Of a stretch of 64,000 bases of DNA, positions 48,516 to 57,681 are shown piece by piece; the first letter of the stretch is position 1, and every line of letters begins with the position of its first letter. The notes under the pieces are model-generated. The model had not been told where the DNA came from. It did not search any database and saw only the letters and a program-made list of their open reading frames with translations. The stretch lies in assembly GCA_965238075.1 (NCBI GenBank), contig OZ250173.1:2720001-2784000 (forward strand). Direction: 5' to 3'. Position numbers and translations under genes: made by a program. The stretch comes from Candidatus Entotheonellaceae bacterium (GTDB taxonomy: Bacteria > Tectomicrobia > Entotheonellia > Entotheonellales > Entotheonellaceae).

Positions 48516-49463
48516 TCACGCCGACGGGGGTTCCAACAGGGCGTTGACCTCGGCGACTTCCTCGGCGCTCAGCGTCCACTCGATGGCCTTGACGTTGCTC
48601 AGCATGTGCTCCAGCCGTGTGGCGCCGGTAATCACCGAGCACACCTGCGGCTGCGCCAGCAGCCACGCCTGCGCCAGTTCGTTCAGGCCGTGTCCGCGGG
48701 CTTCAACCCAGGATTGCAGGCGTTCTACCGTGTCGTAATGCACGTCCTTCATGTATTTCTGCACCTGTGCGCTGAACTCCCCGCGTGAGCCCGCCGGCGC
48801 CGGTTCGCCGCGTTGGTACTTGCCGGTCAGAAAGCCGCCGGCCAGCGGATAGTAGGGTACGAAGCCGACGTTGTGGGCTTGGCAGTAGGGCAGGACCTCG
48901 CGTTCGACGTGGCGTTCCAGCATCTGGTATTCGGACTGAATGGCCACGAAGGTCGACCAGCCGCGCAACTCGGCGATGGCGTTGGCCCTGGCCAGCTGCC
49001 AGGCCGCGAAGTCCGAACAGCCGATGTACCGCACCTTGCCCATGCGCACCAGATCGTCCAGCCCGCGCAACGTCTCCTCAACCGGCGTCTGCGGGTCCCA
49101 GCGGTGCACGTAATACAGATCGATGTAGTCGTTCTTCAGGCGTTTCAGACTCTTTTCTACCTGGTGCATCATGTGATAGCGCGACGCCCCGCGGTCGTTG
49201 GTGCCGTCGCCGGTTGAGATGACAAACTTGGTGGCAACCACGAACTTGTCCCAACGGCCCTTCAACGCCTTCCCCAGGGTTTTCTCGGATTTGCCCTTTG
49301 TGTACATGTCTGCCGAGTCGATGAAATTGATGCCCAGGTCCTGCGCCGCGTCGATTATCCGGTTAACCTCGTCCTGCGGCAGCACCTTGTCGCCGAAGCG
49401 ATTGGTGCCCAGCCCGATGACCGATACCCGCACACCGGCGGGGCCTAGTTGTCGGTATTCCAT
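48516..49463 (-). CDS. Aldo/keto reductase
   Basis: GLGT, DSADMY, ATK, DLYYVH, GKVRYIG, PLAGGFLTGKY. Confidence 0.93.
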   Translation of the reverse strand: MEYRQLGPAGVRVSVIGLGTNRFGDKVLPQDEVNRIIDAAQDLGINFIDSADMYTKGKSEKTLGKALKGRWDKFVVATKFVISTGDGTNDRGASRYHMMHQVEKSLKRLKNDYIDLYYVHRWDPQTPVEETLRGLDDLVRMGKVRYIGCSDFAAWQLARANAIAELRGWSTFVAIQSEYQMLERHVEREVLPYCQAHNVGFVPYYPLAGGFLTGKYQRGEPAPAGSRGEFSAQVQKYMKDVHYDTVERLQSWVEARGHGLNELAQAWLLAQPQVCSVITGATRLEHMLSNVKAIEWTLSAEEVAEVNALLEPPSA

Positions 49464-49569
49464 TGTGCCTCTTTCTTCTCATGTGGCTGATTGCATATGA
49501 TTGCTTTGCCCAGCATCGTGCCCACTAATCGGCCCTCGTCTCATGCGCCCAGCTGTGAATCCGCTGCCG

Positions 49570-50160
49570 CTACGCCTGCCGCGACTCCCACAGTCCCTCT
49601 TGTGCAAATGCGGTGAGTTGCATGCTTGTCAGGCCCGGCAGCACCTTGCTCTGATCGACCTCGACGTAGCTGGAATTCACCAACCGATGCACGCAAACCC
49701 TATCGGCCCGGTACCGCCATACCTCCGGCACGCCCAAGGCCGCATAGATCGGCAGCTTGTCCAGCGACGAGCGAGCCACGTCGACCTCGATGATCAAGTC
49801 CGGGGGCGGGTCGTTGCTGAGGTCGATACGGCTCAATCCCCAAACCCGTGGGGCGTGCGCCACATAAAACGAAGCATCCGGTTCAAAGCCGCGTCCTAAG
49901 CCTTCCTGTTTGAAGGTGGTTGAGCCGGAGCGCAAGTAGTCCTGCCCTCGCGCATTCAGAATTTCCTCGGCAACCCCGCTGGCGACATCCCTGAACCTTT
50001 CATGCTCATAACTCGGCGTCACGATTTCCAGCACCCCTTGGTCGAACGCCATGCGCGTCTGCCGACAGTCGCCGCCGTCGGCCAGCAGTGCCTCGTACGT
50101 TTCCCAACTGACGCCATCCATCAGAACCGGCTGATCGGCCGGCTGTATCACGGTCGCCAT
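49570..50160 (-). CDS. Uma2 (DUF820) family endonuclease-like protein, probably with a premature stop near the C-terminus
   Basis: GVSWETY, GSTTF, EPDASFY, PPDLIIEVD, KLPIYAALGVPEVW. Confidence 0.85.
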   Translation of the reverse strand: MATVIQPADQPVLMDGVSWETYEALLADGGDCRQTRMAFDQGVLEIVTPSYEHERFRDVASGVAEEILNARGQDYLRSGSTTFKQEGLGRGFEPDASFYVAHAPRVWGLSRIDLSNDPPPDLIIEVDVARSSLDKLPIYAALGVPEVWRYRADRVCVHRLVNSSYVEVDQSKVLPGLTSMQLTAFAQEGLWESRQA

Positions 50161-50281
50161 AAGAGCCTCCAAATGGTGAGGATGCCGCACTTGGCCGGGT
50201 GTGCTGGACACCCGTTGGGGGAAGCGATAGGGTAGGGCAAGACATTAATCCGCACAAGCCGAATACGGGAGACACCACATC

Positions 50282-51007
50282 ATGGCCAACCGTGACGACA
50301 TCAAGCAGCGCATCCACCGGGGCGACGTGCTCATTGGTGTTTCGGCGCCTGTGACCGCAAGCAAGAACCAGCTCGAAGGCATCCTCGGCAAGGACGACTA
50401 CGCCTTTGTCTCTACCGATAGCCAGCACTCGGCCTTCAACGAAGAGACCCTGGTGCGATTCTGTAATTTTGCCGACGAACTCGAGGTGCCCGTGCAGTTC
50501 CGTATCAAGCACACCTACCACAGCTATCTCATCGGCAACGTCCTCGACCTCGGCCCGGCGGGCATCGAGGTGCCGCAGGTCGAAGAGCCGGCCACCGTCG
50601 CCGAGGCCCTCAAGTATTTCTACTATCCGCAGCAGGGGAAGCGCAGCTGGGGCGGCGTGGCGCGCTGGAAAATCGACGGCAATGACGACCGCCTGGCTTA
50701 CGCCGATTGGTGGAACACGCACGGCTGGCTGTGCCTGCAGATGGAATCCATCCAGGCCGTCAGCAACGCCCGCCACCTCGCCAAGCCCGGCGTCGACTGC
50801 CTGACCTGGGGGCCAAACGATCTTCGGTATGACATCGAAGCACACCCCCAGCACCCGTTCCGCACCGTGGACGCTTGCGTGCAGCACGTCCTCAAGCAGC
50901 TCGAAGGCAGCACCACGCGCGTCTCCTTCCGCAGCTACGATCCTGCCCTGCGCAACAAATACCTCGACATGGGCGTTACCATCCTGATGGAGAGCCCCAA
51001 GCCGTAA
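50282..51007 (+). CDS. HpcH/HpaI aldolase family protein
   Basis: DSQH, LDLG..GIEVPQV, YYPQQGKRSWG, QMES, GPNDL. Confidence 0.88.
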   Translation: MANRDDIKQRIHRGDVLIGVSAPVTASKNQLEGILGKDDYAFVSTDSQHSAFNEETLVRFCNFADELEVPVQFRIKHTYHSYLIGNVLDLGPAGIEVPQVEEPATVAEALKYFYYPQQGKRSWGGVARWKIDGNDDRLAYADWWNTHGWLCLQMESIQAVSNARHLAKPGVDCLTWGPNDLRYDIEAHPQHPFRTVDACVQHVLKQLEGSTTRVSFRSYDPALRNKYLDMGVTILMESPKP

Positions 51008-51048
51008 CTGTCAACCATGAGCTTGCGGAAAGTCACAGGTAGAAACAT

Positions 51049-51813
51049 ATGGCAGATGCAGCAGAAGAGTTCTCAGGCAAAATCGCCATTGTAACGGGCG
51101 CCGCACGAGGTATGGGGTACGCCGTGGCGAAGCGGCTTGCTGCCGGCGGTGCCAGCGTCGTTATCAATGACATTAACGCTGAGGCGGCAGCACGAGCGGC
51201 CTCTGATCTGCACGCCCTCGGTCATGCAGCGCTTGCCGTGCCTGGAGACGTCACATCTGGCCAAGATGTGGGCCGACTCGTGGCGAGGGCGGTGGACCAA
51301 TATGGAGAGGTACATATCTTAATCAACAACGCCGGGATACTCCGCCCAACGCCCGTCATCGACATTCAGGAAGACGAGTGGGACCTGGTCGTCAACGTGA
51401 ACCTGAAGGGAACATATCTGTGCTCCAGAGCCGTGTTGCCTGGCATGCAAAAGACGGGCTGGGGGCGTATCGTGAATTTTTCTTCCACCGCCGGCAAAAG
51501 CATCAGCACCGTGGGCGGCGCCCACTATACGGCGGCTAAGGCAGGCATTTTAGGCTTCACGCGCCATCTGGCTAAAGAGGTCGCCGGGTACGGTATCACG
51601 GTCAATGCCGTCTGTCCTGGTCTGATCGATACCGAGATGGTCAGATCTACCATCAGCGCTGAGCGAGCCCAGGCATACGCCGACAGTTTCCCGATCAAAC
51701 GCTTGGGAGAGCCCTTCGAAGTCGCCGAACTGGTGGCTTTTCTGGCCTCCGATCGAGCCGCCTATATCACCGGGGCGTCGCTAGATATCAACGGTGGCGA
51801 TCTCATGATCTAG
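51049..51813 (+). CDS. SDR family oxidoreductase (FabG-like)
   Basis: TGAARGMG, NNAG, YTAAK. Confidence 0.92.
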   Translation: MADAAEEFSGKIAIVTGAARGMGYAVAKRLAAGGASVVINDINAEAAARAASDLHALGHAALAVPGDVTSGQDVGRLVARAVDQYGEVHILINNAGILRPTPVIDIQEDEWDLVVNVNLKGTYLCSRAVLPGMQKTGWGRIVNFSSTAGKSISTVGGAHYTAAKAGILGFTRHLAKEVAGYGITVNAVCPGLIDTEMVRSTISAERAQAYADSFPIKRLGEPFEVAELVAFLASDRAAYITGASLDINGGDLMI

Positions 51814-51842
51814 AGGGTAGCCAGGCCTCCGGAGAATCAGGC

Positions 51843-52814
51843 ATGCAACGCATACTGGTTACGGGTGCAGCCGGACAAATTGGCTCCGAACTGGTGCCCG
51901 AACTGCGACAACGGTATGGCAACGCCAACGTCATCGCCGCGGGTCACCACACTCCCTTGCCTGCTGACGTCCGGCAGGCCGGCCCTTGCACAACCATTGA
52001 CATATCAGACCATGCGCAGATTGACTGGGCCATCAAAGCCTATGAGATCGACACGATCTACCACCTGAGTTCGATCCTCTCTGCATTGGCCGAGCAACGC
52101 CGCCGGGTGGCGTACCGCGTTAATATACAAGGGCTTTACAATATCCTGGAGGCTGCCGTAGACAATGGCCTTGAACGGGTCATCATTCCCAGCTCCATCG
52201 CAGCCTTCGGGCCGGATACCCCTGGTGATCGTACCCCCAATGAGACCGTACAGAAGCCCAACACGCTTTACGGCATCTCCAAGGTCTTTGGGGAACTCAT
52301 GGGCAATTACTACTTCCATCACCTCGGATGCGACGTGAGAGGGGTCAGGCTGCCCGGCATCATCAGCTGGAAGACCGAACCAACGGCTGGAACGACCGAT
52401 TACGCCGTGGCGATTTTCTATGGCGTCATACGTCAGCGCCACTACACCTGTTACCTGAAGCCAGACACCTTTCTGCCGATGATGTATATGCCGGATGCCA
52501 TCCTGGCCCTCATACAGGTTGCGGAAGCGGATGGGAAGCGACTGCATCATCACGCCGATTTCAACGTCAATGCAATGAGCTTCACACCCTCCGATCTTGC
52601 CAACGCCATACAATCCAGGCTTCCAGAGTTCCGCATCGATTATCGCATCGATCCGCTCCGCCAAGCGATTGCCGATTCCTGGCCGAATTCCTTGGACGAT
52701 TCAGCGGCAAGATCGGAATGGGGTTGGCAACCGAATTTTGATATGGACGCCATGGTTGACGACATGCTGGAAAACCTGACCAGGAAGCTTGCCGCACCAG
52801 AGGGGTCTGGATAA
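51843..52814 (+). CDS. NAD-dependent epimerase-fold L-threonine 3-dehydrogenase-like protein
   Basis: GAAGQIG, LSA..E, PSSIAAFG, YGISK, GTTDYAV, PMMYMPDA, IADSWP. Confidence 0.85.
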   Translation: MQRILVTGAAGQIGSELVPELRQRYGNANVIAAGHHTPLPADVRQAGPCTTIDISDHAQIDWAIKAYEIDTIYHLSSILSALAEQRRRVAYRVNIQGLYNILEAAVDNGLERVIIPSSIAAFGPDTPGDRTPNETVQKPNTLYGISKVFGELMGNYYFHHLGCDVRGVRLPGIISWKTEPTAGTTDYAVAIFYGVIRQRHYTCYLKPDTFLPMMYMPDAILALIQVAEADGKRLHHHADFNVNAMSFTPSDLANAIQSRLPEFRIDYRIDPLRQAIADSWPNSLDDSAARSEWGWQPNFDMDAMVDDMLENLTRKLAAPEGSG

Positions 52815-52840
52815 AGAAGCCATATCAATAGACTGGAGGG

Positions 52841-53638
52841 ATGCATATGGACCTGGGATTGCAAGGTCGGGTGGCGATTGTTGGCGGCGCTAGTCAGGGA
52901 CTGGGGCGCGCCTGTGCCATGGGACTGGCCCAAGAGGGCGCACGGGTCGCCATCAGCAGTCGCCGTGCAGAGCCGTTACAGGCAACGGCGCAGGAGATTC
53001 GCTCGGCCACTGGTGTGGAGGTGCTCGCTGTGCCCGGTGACCTCTCCTGCCTGGCCGATATCCAGAACTTGATCCAGCGCACCGTCGACCACTTCGGACG
53101 CCTCGACATCGTGATCAGCAATTCCGGTGGACCGCCAGAGGGCAGGGCGGTGGACACGAGCGAGGACAACTGGGAGCGCGCCATCCAGATGGCGTTGCAA
53201 TTTTTCATCCGCATGAGCCGTGAGGCCGTACCGCACCTCAAGCAGCAGTCATGGGGCCGCATCATCAACATCCTGGCCAGCACCGTGTATCAACCCATCG
53301 ACAATCTGGCGACCTCAGGCGTGACCCGCTTAGGTGCAGTGGCCTTTGCCAAGAGCCTGGCTGATGAAGTAGGCCGGGACAACATCCTGGTCAACAACGT
53401 GGCGCCTGGCTTCCTACTCACCGATCGCATGATGGATCTCTTCAAGACCAGAGCACGGGAAACGGATACGGACCTGGACACCGTGTTGCAAGCGCGCGCT
53501 TCGACGATACCCCTGGGCCGGTTCGGACAGCCCGAAGAATTGGCCAATCTGGTGACGTTTCTGGCCTCGGAAAAGAATAGCTACATAACCGGCACCACTA
53601 TCCTGGTGGACGGTGGCGTTGTCCGGTCGGTCATGTGA
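52841..53638 (+). CDS. SDR family oxidoreductase
   Basis: MDLGLQGR, GGASQGLG, NSGGPP, NNVAPG. Confidence 0.9.
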   Translation: MHMDLGLQGRVAIVGGASQGLGRACAMGLAQEGARVAISSRRAEPLQATAQEIRSATGVEVLAVPGDLSCLADIQNLIQRTVDHFGRLDIVISNSGGPPEGRAVDTSEDNWERAIQMALQFFIRMSREAVPHLKQQSWGRIINILASTVYQPIDNLATSGVTRLGAVAFAKSLADEVGRDNILVNNVAPGFLLTDRMMDLFKTRARETDTDLDTVLQARASTIPLGRFGQPEELANLVTFLASEKNSYITGTTILVDGGVVRSVM

Positions 53639-53645
53639 GGGCGCC

Positions 53646-54548
53646 TTAACCTTTCTCGTGCTCGGCCAGGAAGGCGAGTAATTCCGCGGCGGTTTCGTGA
53701 GGCCGTTCTTCGGGGAGGAAATGGCCGCAGTCGATACCCTTGCCGCGAACGTCGTGGGCACGCTCTCGCCACGTGTCGAGCATGTTGAGCTTGGCGCCGG
53801 TCTGCCAGCCGGGGCGTCTTGCCATGTTGGCGCCCCAAAGAACCAGAACCGGGCAATCCAGCTTGCGGCCGCGGTCGGCGTCGTCGTGTTCCAGGTCGAG
53901 TGCGATGGCCCGGTAATCCCCACATGTGGCGCGGATCGTCTCGGGGTTGTCAAAGCAGCGCAGGTATTCCGCGTAGGCTTCGGACGTGATGGCTCCGGTC
54001 ACGGCGGTCCACTGTTCCAGCAGAAAATCCAGGTACACCTTGGCGCTGTTGCCGATCAGCGTTTCCGGTAGCGGCGACGGCTGGCGCATCAGGTTCCAGT
54101 GAAACCACGAATACGCCAGCTGACTGTCCATGGCCTCGAAGGCCGCCTGCGACGGCACGACGTCGAGCGAAGTGAGGCTGCGCACGCGTCCCGGATGGTC
54201 CAGCGCCAAGCGATGACTGACCCGCGCGCCGCGGTCGTGCCCGACGAGGTGGAAGGTATCGAAACCCAGCGCCGCCATCACCTCGACCTGATCCTGCGCC
54301 ATGCTGCGCTTGCAATACACGCTGTGATCGCCCGCCGCGGCCGGCGGCTTATCGCTGTCGCCGTAGCCCCGCAGATCGGGTGCCACGATGGTGTGCCGAT
54401 TGGCCAGCAACGGCGCCACTTTGTGCCATTCGACGTGGGTTTGCGGATAGCCGTGCAACAGCAGTACCGGCGGCCCGCTGCCGCCATGCACCGCATGGAT
54501 ACCCACACCGTTGACCGTCAGCCGGGTCCGAGTAAAACCGTCAAACAT
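53646..54548 (-). CDS. Haloacetate/fluoroacetate dehalogenase-like alpha/beta hydrolase
   Basis: LHGYPQT, GHDRGARV, HW, DYRA, GHF. Confidence 0.85.
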   Translation of the reverse strand: MFDGFTRTRLTVNGVGIHAVHGGSGPPVLLLHGYPQTHVEWHKVAPLLANRHTIVAPDLRGYGDSDKPPAAAGDHSVYCKRSMAQDQVEVMAALGFDTFHLVGHDRGARVSHRLALDHPGRVRSLTSLDVVPSQAAFEAMDSQLAYSWFHWNLMRQPSPLPETLIGNSAKVYLDFLLEQWTAVTGAITSEAYAEYLRCFDNPETIRATCGDYRAIALDLEHDDADRGRKLDCPVLVLWGANMARRPGWQTGAKLNMLDTWRERAHDVRGKGIDCGHFLPEERPHETAAELLAFLAEHEKG

Positions 54549-54624
54549 CGTGGATTCTCCTGGGAAATCCTGGAGGTGAGAAGGTCTGACCCATTCCGCC
54601 GATTCTCACCGCCCGCCTGACACG

Positions 54625-55075
54625 CCCCGGTCGCTTCGGCGGGGGCCTGTCCCGGACTGGCTCCAGGGCGGGAGTCCAGAAGGCTTTCCGGGGCCAGGGT
54701 CGCTGGATTCCGGCCTGCGCCAGAATGACGATTTGAGGGCTTTGGATGGTCTGTCTTCATAGTAATCAACGATGCGCCCCCGTTCACGGGGTCAGGCTCT
54801 GCAGGCCACATGAAGGGTCATGGAAAGGGGTTCCGGGGCGACCACCGCCCCCCTGACAAGGGGGTTGGGGGGTTACGTTCCCCCCAGGTGGGCCCCGTGC
54901 CCACCCTGTGGATGCCCGCCTGCGCGGGACCCTGGGCACCCACAAGGGGCGCCACTACGACGGTCGGGGGCGTTGCGCAGGCAATTTTCATTAGGAATGA
55001 CGACTACAGGGGCAGGAATTGGCGCCGGCCCCCCTGGCACCGCGGCCAGGGGCCGCCAATGACCAAGGGGGCTCA
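54625..55075. repeat. Cluster of several short palindromic repeat types
   Basis: At least five distinct stem-loop motifs within 450 bp (detailed in findings). Confidence 0.65.
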
Positions 55076-55104
55076 ACAGAACAGGGGACATGATGGGGTA
55101 AGGA

Positions 55105-56136
55105 TCAGCCCCGCTGATAAATCTGCAGGCGGTGCCGGTTGGTCTCCGCGACGTACAGCCGATTGTCTGCGTCCACCGTGACCGAAGCCGGTCCCCAGAA
55201 GTAGGGTTCGGTCTGCGAAGAAATTTGGTAGGGCGTTTCGAGGTGCGGCGGTAAAGACGGCGTCAGGTCGGCGACCTCCCTCGTTCCCTGCTCGTCGGGA
55301 TTGACCGCAAAGAACGCCTCGGCCCACTTCGACAGCGTCGCCTGGCCCCGCAGCCGCTGCTGAAAACTGCCGTCCGGTCCTAGTACCTGTATCCGTTCGT
55401 TGCCCCAGTCCGCCACGTAAATGTTGCCATCCGCGTCCACCGCCACGCCGGAGGGTCGGCTGAACTGGCCGTCGCCGTCACCCGAGCTGCCGAATGCCGC
55501 CACATACGTTCCGTCGCCGGTGAACTTCTGGACGCGGTCGTTTCGCCAATCAGCCACGTATACGTGGCTGCCGGCGGCGCATAGCCCCCACGGCATGTTG
55601 AACTGACCGCTGCCGGCGCCTTTCTCGCCCCACTGGCCCATATACTGGCCGTCCGTCGTGAACTTCTGAATGCGGTGATTGTTCTGGTCCGCGATGTAAA
55701 CGTTGTCATCGTCGTCGATGGCAATGCCGGCTGGCCCGTTCACCTGCCCGTCGCCGCTGCCCATGACGCCCCACTTGCCCAGGAAAGTTCCGTCGGAGGT
55801 GTTGAAAATCGACACGCGGTGGAGATATTCGTCCGTGACGTACAGCCGCTCCTGGCCGTCCAACGCCATCGCCACCGGCAGTCCAAACTGGCCGTCGCCC
55901 TCGCCAAACCCGTTGCCGAACTCGCCCAGGTATTCCTCATCGAGGTTGCAAATGCCGATCCGGATGGCTGTCGCCCGCGCCGGGTCGCAGCGGTTGAGCA
56001 CGAAAATGCGCCCGTCACGGCTCACCACCACATCGTGCGGGTTGGCAAAACCGCGTCCGTTATCGCCGTTGTTCACGATACCGATGGTCTTGACGTATGC
56101 CATCGTCACGCCCTGCATCACGCCTTGCGTACTCAC
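55105..56136 (-). CDS. NHL-repeat beta-propeller protein
   Basis: Repeats of GSGDGQF..P.G.AVD..G.IYVAD..N.RIQ. Confidence 0.92.
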   Translation of the reverse strand: MSTQGVMQGVTMAYVKTIGIVNNGDNGRGFANPHDVVVSRDGRIFVLNRCDPARATAIRIGICNLDEEYLGEFGNGFGEGDGQFGLPVAMALDGQERLYVTDEYLHRVSIFNTSDGTFLGKWGVMGSGDGQVNGPAGIAIDDDDNVYIADQNNHRIQKFTTDGQYMGQWGEKGAGSGQFNMPWGLCAAGSHVYVADWRNDRVQKFTGDGTYVAAFGSSGDGDGQFSRPSGVAVDADGNIYVADWGNERIQVLGPDGSFQQRLRGQATLSKWAEAFFAVNPDEQGTREVADLTPSLPPHLETPYQISSQTEPYFWGPASVTVDADNRLYVAETNRHRLQIYQRG

Positions 56137-56158
56137 GCCTCAACCTCCCTCTTGATAT

Positions 56159-56194
56159 AAAAAAATGGGCGGGCTGTAAAACCAAGGCCCGCCC
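56159..56194 (-). terminator. Intrinsic terminator after DUF1800
   Basis: GGGCGGGC/GCCCGCCC stem followed by a T7 run on the minus strand. Confidence 0.75.
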
Positions 56195-56205
56195 GCGAAA
56201 TGCCA

Positions 56206-57624
56206 TTACGCCAACTGATACTCCCGGGTCGAGGCAATAATCCGCAACACGTTGCTGACCCGTTGCTCCGTGGCATCGCCCGGCTGATGGCCGCTGAGGT
56301 TCAGCGCGCCGCCGCCCGCCGCGGCGAAGTCCACCAGCGCCGTGCGCGTATCGTCCTCAACCGCCACCGGCCCCAGCAGGTCCAGACACTGATCGACGAG
56401 TTGCTCCGGCGTCAACACGCCGCCGTTCTCGGCGGCCAGACGGTCGATGATGGCCCGCACGCCCGGCTTATCCAGGCTGCTCAGCTCCTGCGCCACGAAG
56501 TTGACCCGCTCGACCAGCGAACCGCTGTCGATCCACTCCATGCCCTCATGCCAGCCCTCAACGGATGGCGGCTGCAGCAGGCCCTGCCCCATGAAGAGGC
56601 CCTGATAGGCCATCTGGTGCACGCCCAGCGTCGGGGTGCGGTAACTGCCGGCTTGCCGGATGGCGCCCACCAGAAGCTCCACCGGCCCCTTCACCCGCGC
56701 ATAACGCGCCTTTTCAGACATGAAATAATCCGACAGGAACAGCGTCCGCAGCACCGCGCGAATCTCGTAGCCGGAGTCGAAGTACGACTGCATCATCGCC
56801 TCGACCACCTGCTCACCATCGGCGTCCGCTTCGTCGGCGGCGAAGAACTGGAACAGCCGCGTGCTGACGAAACGCGCCGTCGCCTGCTGCCGGGCGATAA
56901 TGCCGATGATGTCCTCACCGTTGAAATTGCCCGTCTCGCCCAGGAACGTCTTCTGTCCCTCGTCGTGGTCCCAGTCGCGGTACTGGAAGTGCCAGGCGAT
57001 ACGGCTGTACGGCCAGATCGAATCCTTGCTGGCGCGCATCGCCATATACTCGGCGTTGCCCAGCGTCCAGCCGGTGAACGCCCGCGAGCACTCCTTGATG
57101 TCCTCTTCCGTGTAGTTGCCGATGCCCATCGAGAACAGCTCGAGCAGCTCGCGCCCGTAGTTTTCGTTGATGGCACCCTTGTGGTTGTCGGTGTTGTCCA
57201 GCCACAGCAACATCGCCGGGTCCTTGGACAACTCCACCAGCAGGGCGTCGAAGCGCCCCAGGCCGTGGCGCCGGAACATGTCGATCTGATTCAGCAAGGC
57301 TCTCGCCTGGTTCAGCTTGCTGTAGCCGGTGGCGAACAGCCCGTGCCAGAACAGGGCGATCTTTTCTTCCAGCGGGCACTTGGTCGTGACCATGCGATAC
57401 AGCCAATTGGCGCCCGCGCCGTCCAACTGCCGCAGTTCCGACTGATCGACGTGGTAACGCCGGATAATGTCATCGGGCATCACTTCCGGGTCGCCAGGGT
57501 TGAGCAGTTCATCCACCGTCGCCGTGTAGCCCTGCGCGGCGTAGGCCTCGAGCTCGTCCCGCGTGGCTCCAAAGCCGGCGCGACGCATCAGGTGGGCCAG
57601 AAGCGCAAAGTCCTGATTACTCAT
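56206..57624 (-). CDS. DUF1800 family protein
   Basis: HLMRRAGFG, LFWHGLFAT, NENYGRELLELFSMG, PPSVEGW. Confidence 0.92.
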   Translation of the reverse strand: MSNQDFALLAHLMRRAGFGATRDELEAYAAQGYTATVDELLNPGDPEVMPDDIIRRYHVDQSELRQLDGAGANWLYRMVTTKCPLEEKIALFWHGLFATGYSKLNQARALLNQIDMFRRHGLGRFDALLVELSKDPAMLLWLDNTDNHKGAINENYGRELLELFSMGIGNYTEEDIKECSRAFTGWTLGNAEYMAMRASKDSIWPYSRIAWHFQYRDWDHDEGQKTFLGETGNFNGEDIIGIIARQQATARFVSTRLFQFFAADEADADGEQVVEAMMQSYFDSGYEIRAVLRTLFLSDYFMSEKARYARVKGPVELLVGAIRQAGSYRTPTLGVHQMAYQGLFMGQGLLQPPSVEGWHEGMEWIDSGSLVERVNFVAQELSSLDKPGVRAIIDRLAAENGGVLTPEQLVDQCLDLLGPVAVEDDTRTALVDFAAAGGGALNLSGHQPGDATEQRVSNVLRIIASTREYQLA

Positions 57625-57681
57625 GTTCCTGTCTCCTTATCCTGTTCGCACATCGGCGGATTGGCTGTTTGGAGTTCTCCT

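Noticed and set aside
54625-55075. Possible CRISPR array or short ORFs in the repeat cluster
   Set aside because: No constant repeat with regular spacers, no cas genes, and the ORFs are low-complexity translations of palindromes.
56100-56136. 12-bp near-tandem repeat at the NHL gene start (TQGV/MQGV)
   Set aside because: Only two imperfect units; it mainly makes the start codon ambiguous (56136, 56118 or 56103).
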